DNA of 64,000 nt from Ylistrum balloti. Taxonomy: Eukaryota. The translations under genes were made by a program, and so were the position numbers. The notes beneath the pieces are model-generated. The model saw nothing but the letters and a program-made list of their open reading frames with translations, was not told where the DNA came from and made no database searches. The stretch is from NCBI RefSeq assembly GCF_031769215.1, contig NW_026782137.1:744001-808000 (forward strand), read 5' to 3'. Below, in pieces: positions 27,648 through 39,800 of the stretch (positions are counted from its first letter, which is position 1; each line of letters starts with the position of its first letter).

Positions 27648-27685
27648 TGTACATCAGAGACGTATATATACGTCTCTGGTGTACA
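27648..27685. repeat. 38-bp near-perfect palindrome related to 27061-27110
   Basis: TGTACATCAGAGACGTATA/TATACGTCTCTGGTGTACA, with one mismatch. Confidence 0.8.
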
Positions 27686-28849
27686 TGTAGCACACAGAAT
27701 GAAACCAGGGAACCAGGTGTGTGCTGGATGCCGGTCAGGTGCGGAGTGAGTAGTGTTCCAGTGAACAAGGATAGTGGATAGAACGGCGTATGCGTTACTC
27801 AGTCGTTCACAGCACGTGCAGAATACGCGCGCTAGTGACATTTTAAAACAAGGTAACCCGGTTACATATTCCCTCTCTTTGATAAATGAGTCCAGACATC
27901 TCCCCAATCCTATCCTAAATCTACTGTAGATCCAGAATTACACGTAGTAAAACATGCCTGCCACTGTGCTGACTACAATGGCCTAGTACAACCTAACATA
28001 AGCATAATACTGATACCGCATTATCCAGTAGGTATTTTCATACATTCATATATATGCTAGACTTAGAGTCAAAACATATTAACTCCATCAGTACTGTATA
28101 CTTACAGGAGTTCAGTAACTCTATATATTAGACCTTAGCCAAATTTAGACTACACATATGTCTATCCAACTGCACAAACACCATAATGCCTCTTTTACAA
28201 GTAACAGCAGGTAGAGTGTCACCAAAGGCGATTTCAGATGTTAGCGTTCGGGCTTCGATGACAATGGTAATTAAGAAATGGCTTATAAACACTTAAAACT
28301 GATCGGATTTATTCGTCCTAAGGTTCTCATGCCCAAACCGATGGTTGGGGAAAGCCTTACCTTCCGGCCAATCTGGCTACAGAAACCGGAGATATAAGAT
28401 AACAACATTAAACCAATGAATAAAGAGTACATTTGCGACTCATCCATTTTAAAAGAAATACATTGGTCTCATAGCGACGTCTCCTAGAATCCAGTCCATA
28501 TTGCCCAGTCACCATAACGGTTTGGAGGCTTGTGGTCCCTGACGGAACGCCTCACAGGGACTGGTGAGGGAGGTTGTATCCCATTTTTCTTCATTCGGTC
28601 CGAACAGACGATCCTCCGGTGCAGACATCCTTGACCTCAATATAAGTCGCGTGGCTTTTATTTTCTTTATCGCGATGAAGGATCTTACACGTGAGACAGG
28701 CGACGTTACGAGCAGAAAGATAAGGCTGGTGTGGTTACACAAAGATCTATCGTAATGTGGGGCTAGTACACCTCCCCGCCTAGATTCAGACATTTCATTC
28801 GAACACTTTGGAGTTGCCTCAGTCGCCTCCTAGATTTCAAAGTCTAGAC

Positions 28850-28912
28850 CCTTTGACCATTAGTATCACTGACGAGTCCTCGAAGGACGAAATAGTTGCA
28901 TGACGTGGTTTA
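28850..28912 (+). ncRNA. Hammerhead ribozyme core (minimal type I-like, probably degenerate), Penelope/retrozyme-associated
   Basis: CTGACGA (28869-28875), stem II GTCC-TCGAA-GGAC, then GAAA (28889-28892). The cleavage triplet region reads GCA instead of NUH. Confidence 0.6.
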
Positions 28913-29009
28913 ATTCATTATATGGCTAGAATGTAAGAGGGTGTTATTAATTTTTTTTGCCTTTTATAAATTCTATACGATGGGAAAGGAAATGTCAGAA
29001 AGCCTACAT

Positions 29010-29360
29010 ACTTATGTAAGATATCTTCAGTCCTAAACAATGTATCTTCTGTATTACATAAGATTTCTTGTGTACAATACAATATATCTTGTGTACTACG
29101 TAAGATATCTTATGTACTATGTTAGATATCTTGTGTACTATGTAAGATATCTTGTGTATTATGTTGTACTATGTAAGATATCTTGTGTACTATATCTTGT
29201 GTACTATATCTTGTGTACTATGTAAGATATTTTGTAAACCATGTAAGATATCTTTTGTAATATGTAAGATATTTTGTGTACTATGTAAGATATTTTGTGT
29301 ACTATGATAGCTTGTGTACTATGTAAGATATCTTGTGTACAATATTAGATATATTATGTA
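29010..29360. repeat. ~21-bp minisatellite (TATGTAAGATATCTTGTGTAC)n
   Basis: Directly visible degenerate tandem units. Confidence 0.9.
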
Positions 29361-29373
29361 GTAGATACCTTCT

Positions 29374-29376
<3 letters not shown>

Positions 29377-29425
<49 letters not shown>
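29377..29425. repeat. (TA)n microsatellite
   Basis: Pure TA run. Confidence 0.95.
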
Positions 29426-29427
<2 letters not shown>

Positions 29428-30819
29428 ATTATCTTAAATAATGTGTATCTTATACAGAAACTGAACAATAAGTGTTGGGTTTCATTAACATACAAAGAGA
29501 CAACGTGTCTTTTGCCTATATCTCACGATAAAAGACGTGAAACATGTATAAAAAAAATAATGACAGTTAAATCTAATACATCCGAATATACCTTAAGTCC
29601 TCAGCAGAACAATATTTTCTGGGAAATTTTATTATTATAATCACTGTATTTTTGTTAATTATATGCTTAGGCAATATCGTTATTTCAAATAGAATATCAA
29701 TTAACTAGTTTGAACTACTTACATTACAGTTTGTATGTCATAAACAAAGAATTAAATCACGTGATTACTGATTAATGTTTTGTTGGTTATTGAAGAAGCT
29801 AAAATCAATTTCACCACATACTTTAAAAACTAAACGATATCGCAAACATGTTTCATTTAAGTTATTAGTCACTAATTTCGGAGAGTTTACAACCGGGTCA
29901 ACATCAATCTTAATGAGTAATTTTTCGACTCAATATTCAGTGAAATAAGCAAGAAAACGTAATGACTCTAAATAAACCCAGTTTTACCTGCCGATATTGA
30001 AATTTATCTCAAAATCGCAGCCAAAGTAAACAGTAAGCATCTGTATCATTGACATGGTTTCTTAACGATTAATGCTATTTTTATACATACATCGGTTTCA
30101 ACTATTATATACTTCTTAACAAGGACAAACAAAGTACAATAACCTATAGCAGAAATGATATAGAAATAAGAATGATGATTATTAGTCAGCTATTTACTAA
30201 GTACTTGTAGGTTTGGTATAATTTAACCTTAACATAGCAATTTTAAAAAGGCATGTAAAATAGAACTTTCAATTTCGGCATTACTATTTTTAGTTTGCGT
30301 GACCTCTGAACCCTCTCTTTGACGTAATCTTGTATTAATTTACACGATATGATTGTACTATGAAAAGTCGGTTTATGGTGACGTGTTTAAATCCACAGGT
30401 AATTCCAGTAACGGCTATCAATAACACCGCTGGAAAACCACACGGAGGTTATCATTATTAGACAACTCAGAGGTGGACAATGGCGTGATGTTGTAAACGT
30501 TATGGTAAGTACAGGTCACTATTTATGTATACTGAAAAAAAATGGACACCTGTACAAATACATTTCGATAATTAGTGTCCATACGGGTTCTGCGTTATAC
30601 TGTTTGGTGAAAAAAAAACCTATTAATACAAAAGTAGGTATGCAATGATAACTTCCACCAGTAATAACTCACCCTTTCAGGGTCACATGATTTCTGGTTT
30701 TATAGAGTGAATTCCAAGTTCGATTTGAACTTGTCTCTTTGTTGTATACATAAACAAAGTATATCAATTGAGAAACGACAATCTAAAAGTTCTGACAACA
30801 ACTTGACAACATCACCAGG

Positions 30820-30990
30820 AAACATTTACATAAACACAACGACAACATCACCAGGAAACATTTACATAAACACAACAATATCACCGGGAAACATTTACAT
30901 AAACACGACAATATCCCCAGGAAACATTTACATAAACAACGACAATAACACCGGGAAGTATTTACATAAACAACGACATTATCCAGATAA
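30820..30990. repeat. 33-36-bp tandem repeat (CCAGGAAACATTTACATAAACACAACAATATCA)n, ~5 copies
   Basis: Visible tandem units; they explain ORF 30707-30994. Confidence 0.9.
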
Positions 30991-31494
30991 GTAAAGCGTT
31001 ATAAATAGATTGATCTAAAATTAGACTGGTGATTTACATGGTTCTAGAAATAACTTTCAGTATCGGTGATTCTATGTATTGGTATTTTTTTTCTTTGTCT
31101 TCATATTTTTATTTTGAATAAACATACGCAATAGAGTATCGTTGAATTGAATATCACGTGATTTTTTGTGTCGTTTCTATTTAACACACGACATGCCTTA
31201 ATATATGATGTAATGGACCTACAATGTATATATACCCCATTGCGTCACCTACAACCATATCAGACGAAGTCTATGTTAAGCTGTAATACGTAATATTCGT
31301 TACTTGTGGACCTTTATTATAGAATACAGTTTTCTGTTATCAAAGCACAGAAGTTCCTAGTGAGTCAGCGTTCATACACCGTATCCATGGTAAATATATA
31401 CTTCTGTCACATCTTACCTGTGAATAATGGATGTAGAGACGAAATATATCACGTATAAAATGGCTATACCGCCTACACGAAATTATCTATAGAC

Positions 31495-31510
31495 TGAACC
31501 CGGAAGTAGA
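31495..31510 (+). promoter_or_regulatory. ETS-family motif CCGGAAGT, candidate promoter element for the ROCO gene
   Basis: Exact CCGGAAGT at 31500-31507, ~1.3 kb upstream of the ATG at 32773. A single short motif is weak evidence. Confidence 0.25.
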
Positions 31511-32772
31511 TAAAGTTAATGAAACAAAACGATTAGTGATTTTGATTTTCAAGAAGGTGGACTCTTCGACAGCTCCAATGTAACAGTCAACAGAGTTAAA
31601 ACACTGTATGATGGAGTTAAAGGTAGATGTTATAAGGAAGAGTCATTGTTGAACACAGGATCAGTAAATATTAGAATTCTATTGGCAGATTTATTTTTAG
31701 AGTGTTGTTTTATGGGTTGTATGACACTGTTAATGAATCGTGGTAACTGTAATATCGATTTGTCTGCCATGGACAATAACCTACCCGGGTTTCTACAAAG
31801 CGCTCGACATACATAAACACCAATATTTACGTCTAATAACAAAATACACTTTGTAATACATCTATATACAATTTCAAATACAAACATGTGAATTAATCGT
31901 ATCGGATTTTCTATCCAAACATTAAAGATATAGAAGGACAAACAAAAACACATACTGATGAAGAGTCATGACAGGGCTATTGTATTCATAACATAATGAT
32001 TAGAATTACATAGATCACTTAATGACACGTTTTTTTCATTTCAAACGACGAGCAATGTGAAAATATTGTAATTTATTAAATCTTTTTGAAAACAATGTGA
32101 AATTCATCTATTGATGGGTTATAGCTTCTATACAACCAAATTTACTAAGAGATCGATTGCATCTCAATATAAAATATTCGTTTCACCACTAAATTCTTCT
32201 TTTCAAAGTTTGGTAAATAGATATTTTCCATCACATATATTGTTTTGATATATTTTTGCATGAAAATCATTCATTTAGTGTCAGTATTTAAGTGTGTTGT
32301 TTCTTTTAATCATAAAAAGATATTTAAGATTTTAATAGAGAGATGTAAGCTGCTGGAAGCTATTGGTTTCATGGTGGCTATCCCACCGCGTCTGTATTTT
32401 CTTCTTTCTGTATAACAATTAATACTGTTTCGTTTTTAACATGCATATATGGCTATATTTAGAAAATACATATATATATCATCAATTTTTTGGTTTAATT
32501 TGGGAAATATAAACGAACAATTCATAAGTCTGTTTAAGAGAGTTTGATTTTTTATCATGGATCTTGTAATTGTGAAAGTGATCGTATTTTTTCTTTACAT
32601 ATGCTGACGCATTGTTTTTCAAAATGTGAATTTTATTATGAAGTTAAAGCCGTTATTGAACAAATAGTGTTACTCTCATGTTGACTTTTCTTGCTTTACA
32701 CAGTAAATGTTATTTCTGTCTGTTGTAGTGGACGATGACGTCGACACCGACAGTGAAAGCCGACTATAAACT

Positions 32773-33726
32773 ATGAAATTGATTTTCCCGCAATACTCTG
32801 GATGGCTTCGTATCAAGACTAGATTCTTCGGATCTAAAAGGGCATTCTTTGTATTATGTAATGGACGGCTCAATTACTATGAAGAGTATGTGTTATGTCC
32901 TTGCCATGTCTGCAACCACTGCTTAAAACTGAAGATTTTTTGTATTATATTTTCTGACGACGAGCAGTTTAGGCACAATTCTAAGTGGATCAATCACTTC
33001 AGTGATTGATAGATTCGATAACCTGTATAATGTTTATGAGAGATTAAGAAATGAAATATCACCCTCGCTCCTAAATTTTCATTCATTTTGCTTTGGTTTT
33101 AATGTTGGGTTTTGTTCAGTACATAAACATACATAGAAAAACTGAATGTCATATTTAAGGTGTTGACTGAATATAAACATGTGATGTCAATATTGAACCG
33201 CTTTTAACGAAAAATGTAAAAAGAAACAATATCTATTTCTTAATATCATTTATAAAATCATGCGAAGGCTGCATTTAATAATAAATTTTCTGTCAGAGAT
33301 TGGAGAAAAACCTTTCACAGCGGCGATATCAACCAGAAAGAGGAGAAGTTTACAATTAGTGCCATTGGTGACCTGTCCTTCGGAATAAATCAGTTGGTAC
33401 TGAAAGCAGATACCCAGTCATGCAGGGACAGGTGGATACGGGAGCTGGAATACGCTGCAGGTGATATATGTTAATATCGGTCTTAAGTTTTCGTTTTTAC
33501 ACAAAAAAAGATAACTGAAAATTATTTATCTTTTATTTTTAACAGATGGAGCCTTGTATATGATAGTTGATGCCTTTGATGTCATGCGACATTTGAAGGT
33601 CCACGTGTTTTGACCTGTACTCCCTGCCCTAGTATGGGAAACTCACCACTTTCCTCATATTGATTTATTCTGTTTCGCTAATGAAACAAATTGTGCTATT
33701 TCGTTTTTCATTTCATTTACACCCCC

Positions 33727-33800
<74 letters not shown>

Positions 33801-36800
33801 TCTCCGCTTGACTGGTATTCAAAGGCATGTGTGTGCCCTTTTAGTTCATACTTTAAAATAAATTATGATATTTACCGCTTATCGTACTTCAATCCAGCTT
33901 ATTTTCTTTCTGTTTTCTTTATACATATTTATAACACCTTTTCTGTAGGTATTTTCGATTCATACTAACTTCATCACTAACAGCGTTTTTGTATGTTAAT
34001 TCATGTAACATCGACGTTACAGACGAAGAAGAGAATTTGGACTTGTTCATAGACGACTGCAAGAGGGACCTTGAAAACACCAGCATTGAATCATTGCCTG
34101 ATATTCTGAACTGGGTAACAGGTATACTGACGATTCTCAAAGATGCCAGAACCACGAGAGAAGACCTTACATATATTGGTAACCATCTGGCAAATTCTGG
34201 GTATGGTGATTTCTTTATTCCATTATGTTTGTACCACTTAGGTAAATGACTTAACATTATTTCTTTTTTATCTTTTTATATCGACATATAATGTCAATGA
34301 TATTGCTTTATTTTCATTATCTCTAACACAAAGATTGCCTTTTAAGGTATTGCCAATGTATATTTCAGTATTGTAAGAGAGGTAATTTCCAGCGTTTTTA
34401 CAAGAGAACAACAACACTAACAATTCAATATTATGAAATGTTGCAAACAAACATTCTTGTAGAGATAAAAAAGTTTAGTAATTTAAAAAAAAACTTTTCT
34501 CAACTTACATATTCACAGTTTAAACATATTCCAAAACTAACCCAAAATAATTCAAATCGATTCATATTCTTTATCTATAGATTTTTCATGAAAGCAAAAG
34601 ATAAAAATGTATGCATTTCTTTGACGAAGTACACAACTTCAGGAGTAAAGAAACTTACGAAATATTTTGAAATGTTTACAAAGCAACTTTTGATATATCG
34701 TATTCACACCAATCTCTGCGATAATTGCGTGCCATGTAGACCTGTAAGATTCGAATCTCATGTTCAGACTATGTTAATTATACTTCCGCAACGAAGTTCG
34801 GGGGAACATTGGAATCACCTTGTCCGTCCGTCCGTCCGACAGTCCGTCTGTCCAGAATATTGCGTCAAGTGTAAGAAAGGCTGACACCATATATTTTTCA
34901 AACTTTGCATACTACATCTTTATGATATAAACTTTGTGTCCTTTCGCTTTTCGTTAAATTTTGACAACATTTGGTAGCATTATGCCCCTTTTTGTAGATT
35001 TTCCGTTGTGGAATATCTTGTTTGATTGGTCAAAATTAAGATATTATTTTATTAAGTTGAAAATTGACATGTAAAAAAATTAAAGGGGGTGGGGGTGACA
35101 AATACAATATCATTTTTGAAAAAAAAGTTTCTATTTGGTTGCCATGGTGACCAAATGAAGACCTCTTGGAGGAATCTTGTTGGGACAATCCCTCCAAAAC
35201 TATTGTTATTGGGGAGCGGGGGCATTATTTGGCAACAAGTTCTTATTTGAAATTAATTAATAATTAAACATTTTATATGTGTAGTTCTCCCTGAACGTCA
35301 TGTGCCTGGTATTTATTCATTATAGAGCAAGTATTCGTTTCAGAAAGAATTGAAAATCATCATGCATCTTCACAACATTTGTATGTTTCAGTTTTGTCAG
35401 AGCAATAGTTAACTGTTTCAAGTTTGCGCTGAACTGTACCAAGAACAAGTATCTGACCAATATCATGCTAGAGACCGTTGCTGCCAGTGATAATTGTGAT
35501 GACGTAGACAAGATCCTCTACCTATCCAGACGACTGATATGGCGGTTGGCATTCGCCAGTAAAGCTTTTGCTATCGCCGTGACATGTACCGATTACCTTC
35601 ATTACGTCGTGCAGGATCTGAAACAAGTTCTTTTATTACCAGAGCACAATTCAAAGGTATTAAGTAATAATTCGTTATAACACGATAATTTCTCAGAACA
35701 CTATATGAGATACAGAAATATCCACCAAACATTTCCTCTTGTATGTTGCTCTCCTCTGTTGCTTGTACTGTTATACTTATAACGACATAAGAGTCTGATT
35801 AAGGCTATAACGGAAATTAGTAGAATATTGAATTTGGAAATAGTGAAGATAAACTAATGAAGGATAAAGTAATGACCATAATAACCATTCCATAAAATCG
35901 TTGGATACATGAAAGTTAGGCCTTTAATGAAGCATAACAAGGCAAGTAAAGCAAGTGAATTAATGTCAATCATTAATTTTTTAGGATGGCAGCTATTTGA
36001 TATTTTCGTCATTGGACGTGATACAACAGTGCGCTCGTTCAGGTGTCAAGAAGGAAAGGTTATATGAGTTCGGCGGAGTATATACCATTGCATCTATTCT
36101 GAGACAAACATCTTCTAACAGTAAGCAAATGGTTAAAGTTTCAAATCTGTGGCAAAAACTTTTCAAATATTTATCTAATTAAAATAGGTTCCCCGTTTCA
36201 CTTTGTAATAGAAATGTATATACTTCATTTCATGTTAGAATGCTCGCAGGACAATGAGGGATATGATTTTAGTTGGATTGTGCTCTCCTCTAAGTAACTG
36301 TGTTTGTGACACTATTATCTTCAATTGCAATTTATCATATATGTTGCATTTTTAGGCTGAAATATTTCCTGTTTTTGTGCAGAGGTCAAGCTTGCAGCAT
36401 ACATGGCCTTATCACACATGGTGAAAGAGGAAGACGTCAAACATCTCCAGATAAATGAAGAGTATTTAGAATACATAATAGGTCTTTTGAAAAGAGCTAT
36501 TCCAAACAGTGGTCACAACGTAACAGTGGACAGAGCGAGTGGTTACTACACCGAAGTTTTAGAACTATTTGATACTCTAGATGGCTTGTGCATCCTAGAG
36601 GAAAACAGAAAGATGATTTTTGACAATGGTATCATCAAGCAGGTTGCCGAGGTGGCAGAGAGCTGTGTTAAATCAGACCTGACCAATCAGACGACTGAAG
36701 AAGAAACGTTGTCAACATTGCGTCTCATAGACAGTTTGTGTTGCTCGCTGTATGCAAAACGGGCTCTACAGGTAAAATGACACTAATTGTTTATTGCCCA

Positions 36801-39800
36801 ACTTTTCAGAAATTAAACCCAATCCATCTCTCATTTCTCTATCTTATTGGAAGTATAATCCTCAAAATACAACCGAACCTCATAATCTTGAAATCGGAGG
36901 GACCGTTATAGTATAGTCAGAGTATTGGATTATTCGAATGTTTAGTGTGAAATTTGGTCGGGTTGGACGGAATTCAACGGTGTTTTAGAATTACATGAGT
37001 TCGAGATAGCGAGGATCGATACCACATAGTAAACTAATAATTCAAAGGACTGTGCAAAAGACACATTTACACGGATACTGCTGAAAAATTACAAAAAAAG
37101 AATATAACCACGTGTTCCGAAAGAGTAAGCGTCTTCTGCTTCATCGACGACACCTGCCATGTCAATCTTGGTCAATCCAAGTAAATAATGTCACGTTCTT
37201 AAAGGAGAACGAGGTAAACAATAACGGAACTAACAGACGAACTAACGCACATCAAACACGTCCACCTCTATATCGCACAAAGAAATAAAATAATAAAATA
37301 TTTACAATGAGACCACTGTGACGACCGTTAGCATTCCCCATAACTTTCATCAATTTGCATCTTTTGAAAACCTGTGTTACGAGCTTGTCCGTCAGTGGAT
37401 GATATCGCGGCATGTAAAAAATAGAGGTTGCGGATGCAGGAATGTTGCTGTCCAGAAATGGGAAATTCATAATAGAATATCATACAACTTGGAAGAAAGC
37501 TGTCCATTTTGGTTTCATTGAAGGGATAAGATCGAGATAAGCAGCTGATGTCATTTCCTTGATTTCGAATTCTGGTGGTGGACATACACGTCATCAGTAT
37601 ATCTGAAAATGAAATTAAACGACTTTACAAAGGTCTTTTGACCTGTTTTAAAATTAGATACAGTATGACTAAAATAATGTATTAAACTACACATCCTTCC
37701 AGGATAAAATAAAAAGAGTATTACGTATCAAATCGGAAAATCTATAACTGCTAGGTACTGATCACTCTGTTTTAGAATAAAATTCACAATATAAAGCAAC
37801 AGTATAATATGAAATATCCAATAAAACGTCACGCATGAAAGTGACTTTATGAGTAATTTTTTTGTCATAACGCTTCATCGTCATAGGAACTCGATCCTTT
37901 GTTTTGTTAGCATTCTTTATGGTTTCTTGAGGCAAGGCCAGATCCTGTAACGATACTGAATATTATTTTGGCATGACAATTACTTTTATCATGTTCACTT
38001 CTAAGAGTAAGTATATGTTGTGACGTTCCCATAAACTTTCCCTTTACGATGTTGGTGGGGTAACATCTGTGTTTTCTTTCTTTACATTGGGAAATTAAAT
38101 AGCGCATGAACGACATAGATATGGAAATTTGTTTGGATTTTGTTCAATCTGTTGATATTCTTGTGAATAGTTGCAATGTCCAGATATATATAAGCCCAGG
38201 TGAAAGGAGAAGCATGGCATGATGGGGTATCAGTGTATATCATTGTTGTATGACAGAAAAGTGCCGAGAAATAATACATATCCATTGTGATTTTCCCCGT
38301 CTCTAATTATCAAACATTCATGACAAAAATGTGCCAATAGTCAACTGATTGCCATTAAATTATTTTTCGGTCGGTATGATATCCAAGATGGTTTCTTTGG
38401 CCTCTGAACGTCATTTTCGACGAATTATGACACTTTCCAATATTCTGCCGGTCAACGCCACGTACTGTTTATACTTTCATACTGATTTCAAAATTCAAAA
38501 ACAAATATGTTGTGTTGTAAAATTGTTGATTCCCTCATAAAATGTTTATTAGTTTTTTCATTTGTTTACCTATTGTCCAATGAAAATTTCATCAAATCAT
38601 CAAATGTGACCACAAACATTTCAGATGAATAAAATCATTGAGACCAGTATTGACGTCTTACTGGAAGTAGACTGTAAAGAAGTAAAGGATAAGGCGAAAG
38701 CAGTGCGTACGAGAATCCAGGCTGCTGGTAATATACGATGATTTGGAATTTCGTTTATATAATCTATTTGTTTTTTTTTGCACCAATAGATTGATCTAAT
38801 ATATTTTTTTTCTGCAGTTCAAGCGTGTACTATAGTAACATCTAGAAATCTGTCACAAACTAGAAAAGTTTTCTCTAATTTTAGTCAAGCCAGTCACGTG
38901 ATTTTTCGTTTGGGTTTGTATAACTTTACTCCACTAGACTGCCCTCGTTGAAATTAAGACAGGTCGGTCAGACGTCTTGTATTTTTTGGAAAGTAGAAAG
39001 TCTCGATTAGTTAGCTCTAACCTATGCGGTTTCTGAAATCCATTGTTTGTAGGGATGTAATTTCACGTGTCGATGCGTATTTCTGTGAATGTATGTTGTC
39101 ACGATGGAAATAAAAACAACAGACCGGAAAGTTTCATTTTTTGATCAACCACGCTTTAACCCAAAAGTCAGGTATTATCGTCGCCGCCGCATTACGTGTT
39201 TACTTTTAATAAATAAAGGTGATTAAAAACTGGTATTCTAGAATGTCAATGGATATCTGCTTGCCAATAAGGTTTTGGGGAAGTATTCAGCGATGCATTT
39301 TCTAGAAGGAATATCTGTTGATCTGACTTTGAGAATATTTCTTGTTACATGTATTTTGAAAAAATCGAAATCTCTATCTAAATTGATATTGAAAGCCTAA
39401 ACGATGTCTTTGCTTTTTGCTCTGGTAAGCTCTTCAAGTACTATTTATTGGACGGACATATTGTCCATATTCTCTTCAATTTTTAACAGATCAACAGATT
39501 TTTCGTAAGCTTGTACAACTGTCTATATTTGCGTTGCCATACCACGCGCAAATTTATTAAAATAAAGGGACACCTTAAAATTCTGAATTCGAGTCAAAAG
39601 AAACAATTCATTTCGAAACAGGGCATTTGTCAAGATTGGCAATACTAGGGGAAATGCTGGTAGGCAGTTGCATGCCATTTTACTTTTAAGAGGGAATACA
39701 TTAGACATAGCATCTACTCATTCTCATTCAAAAATGGTGTGATGATTCGATAATGTATCTAAAAATATTAACAACATGCACACTGCTTTCTTTAGTAGAT

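Noticed and set aside
27638-27907. 89-aa minus-strand ORF upstream of SLC25
   Set aside because: No recognisable domain; it overlaps a palindrome and a CpG-rich promoter-like region.
31955-31972. CTGATGAAGAGTCATGAC as a hammerhead core
   Set aside because: Stem II is incomplete and no GAAA follows; too short to support.
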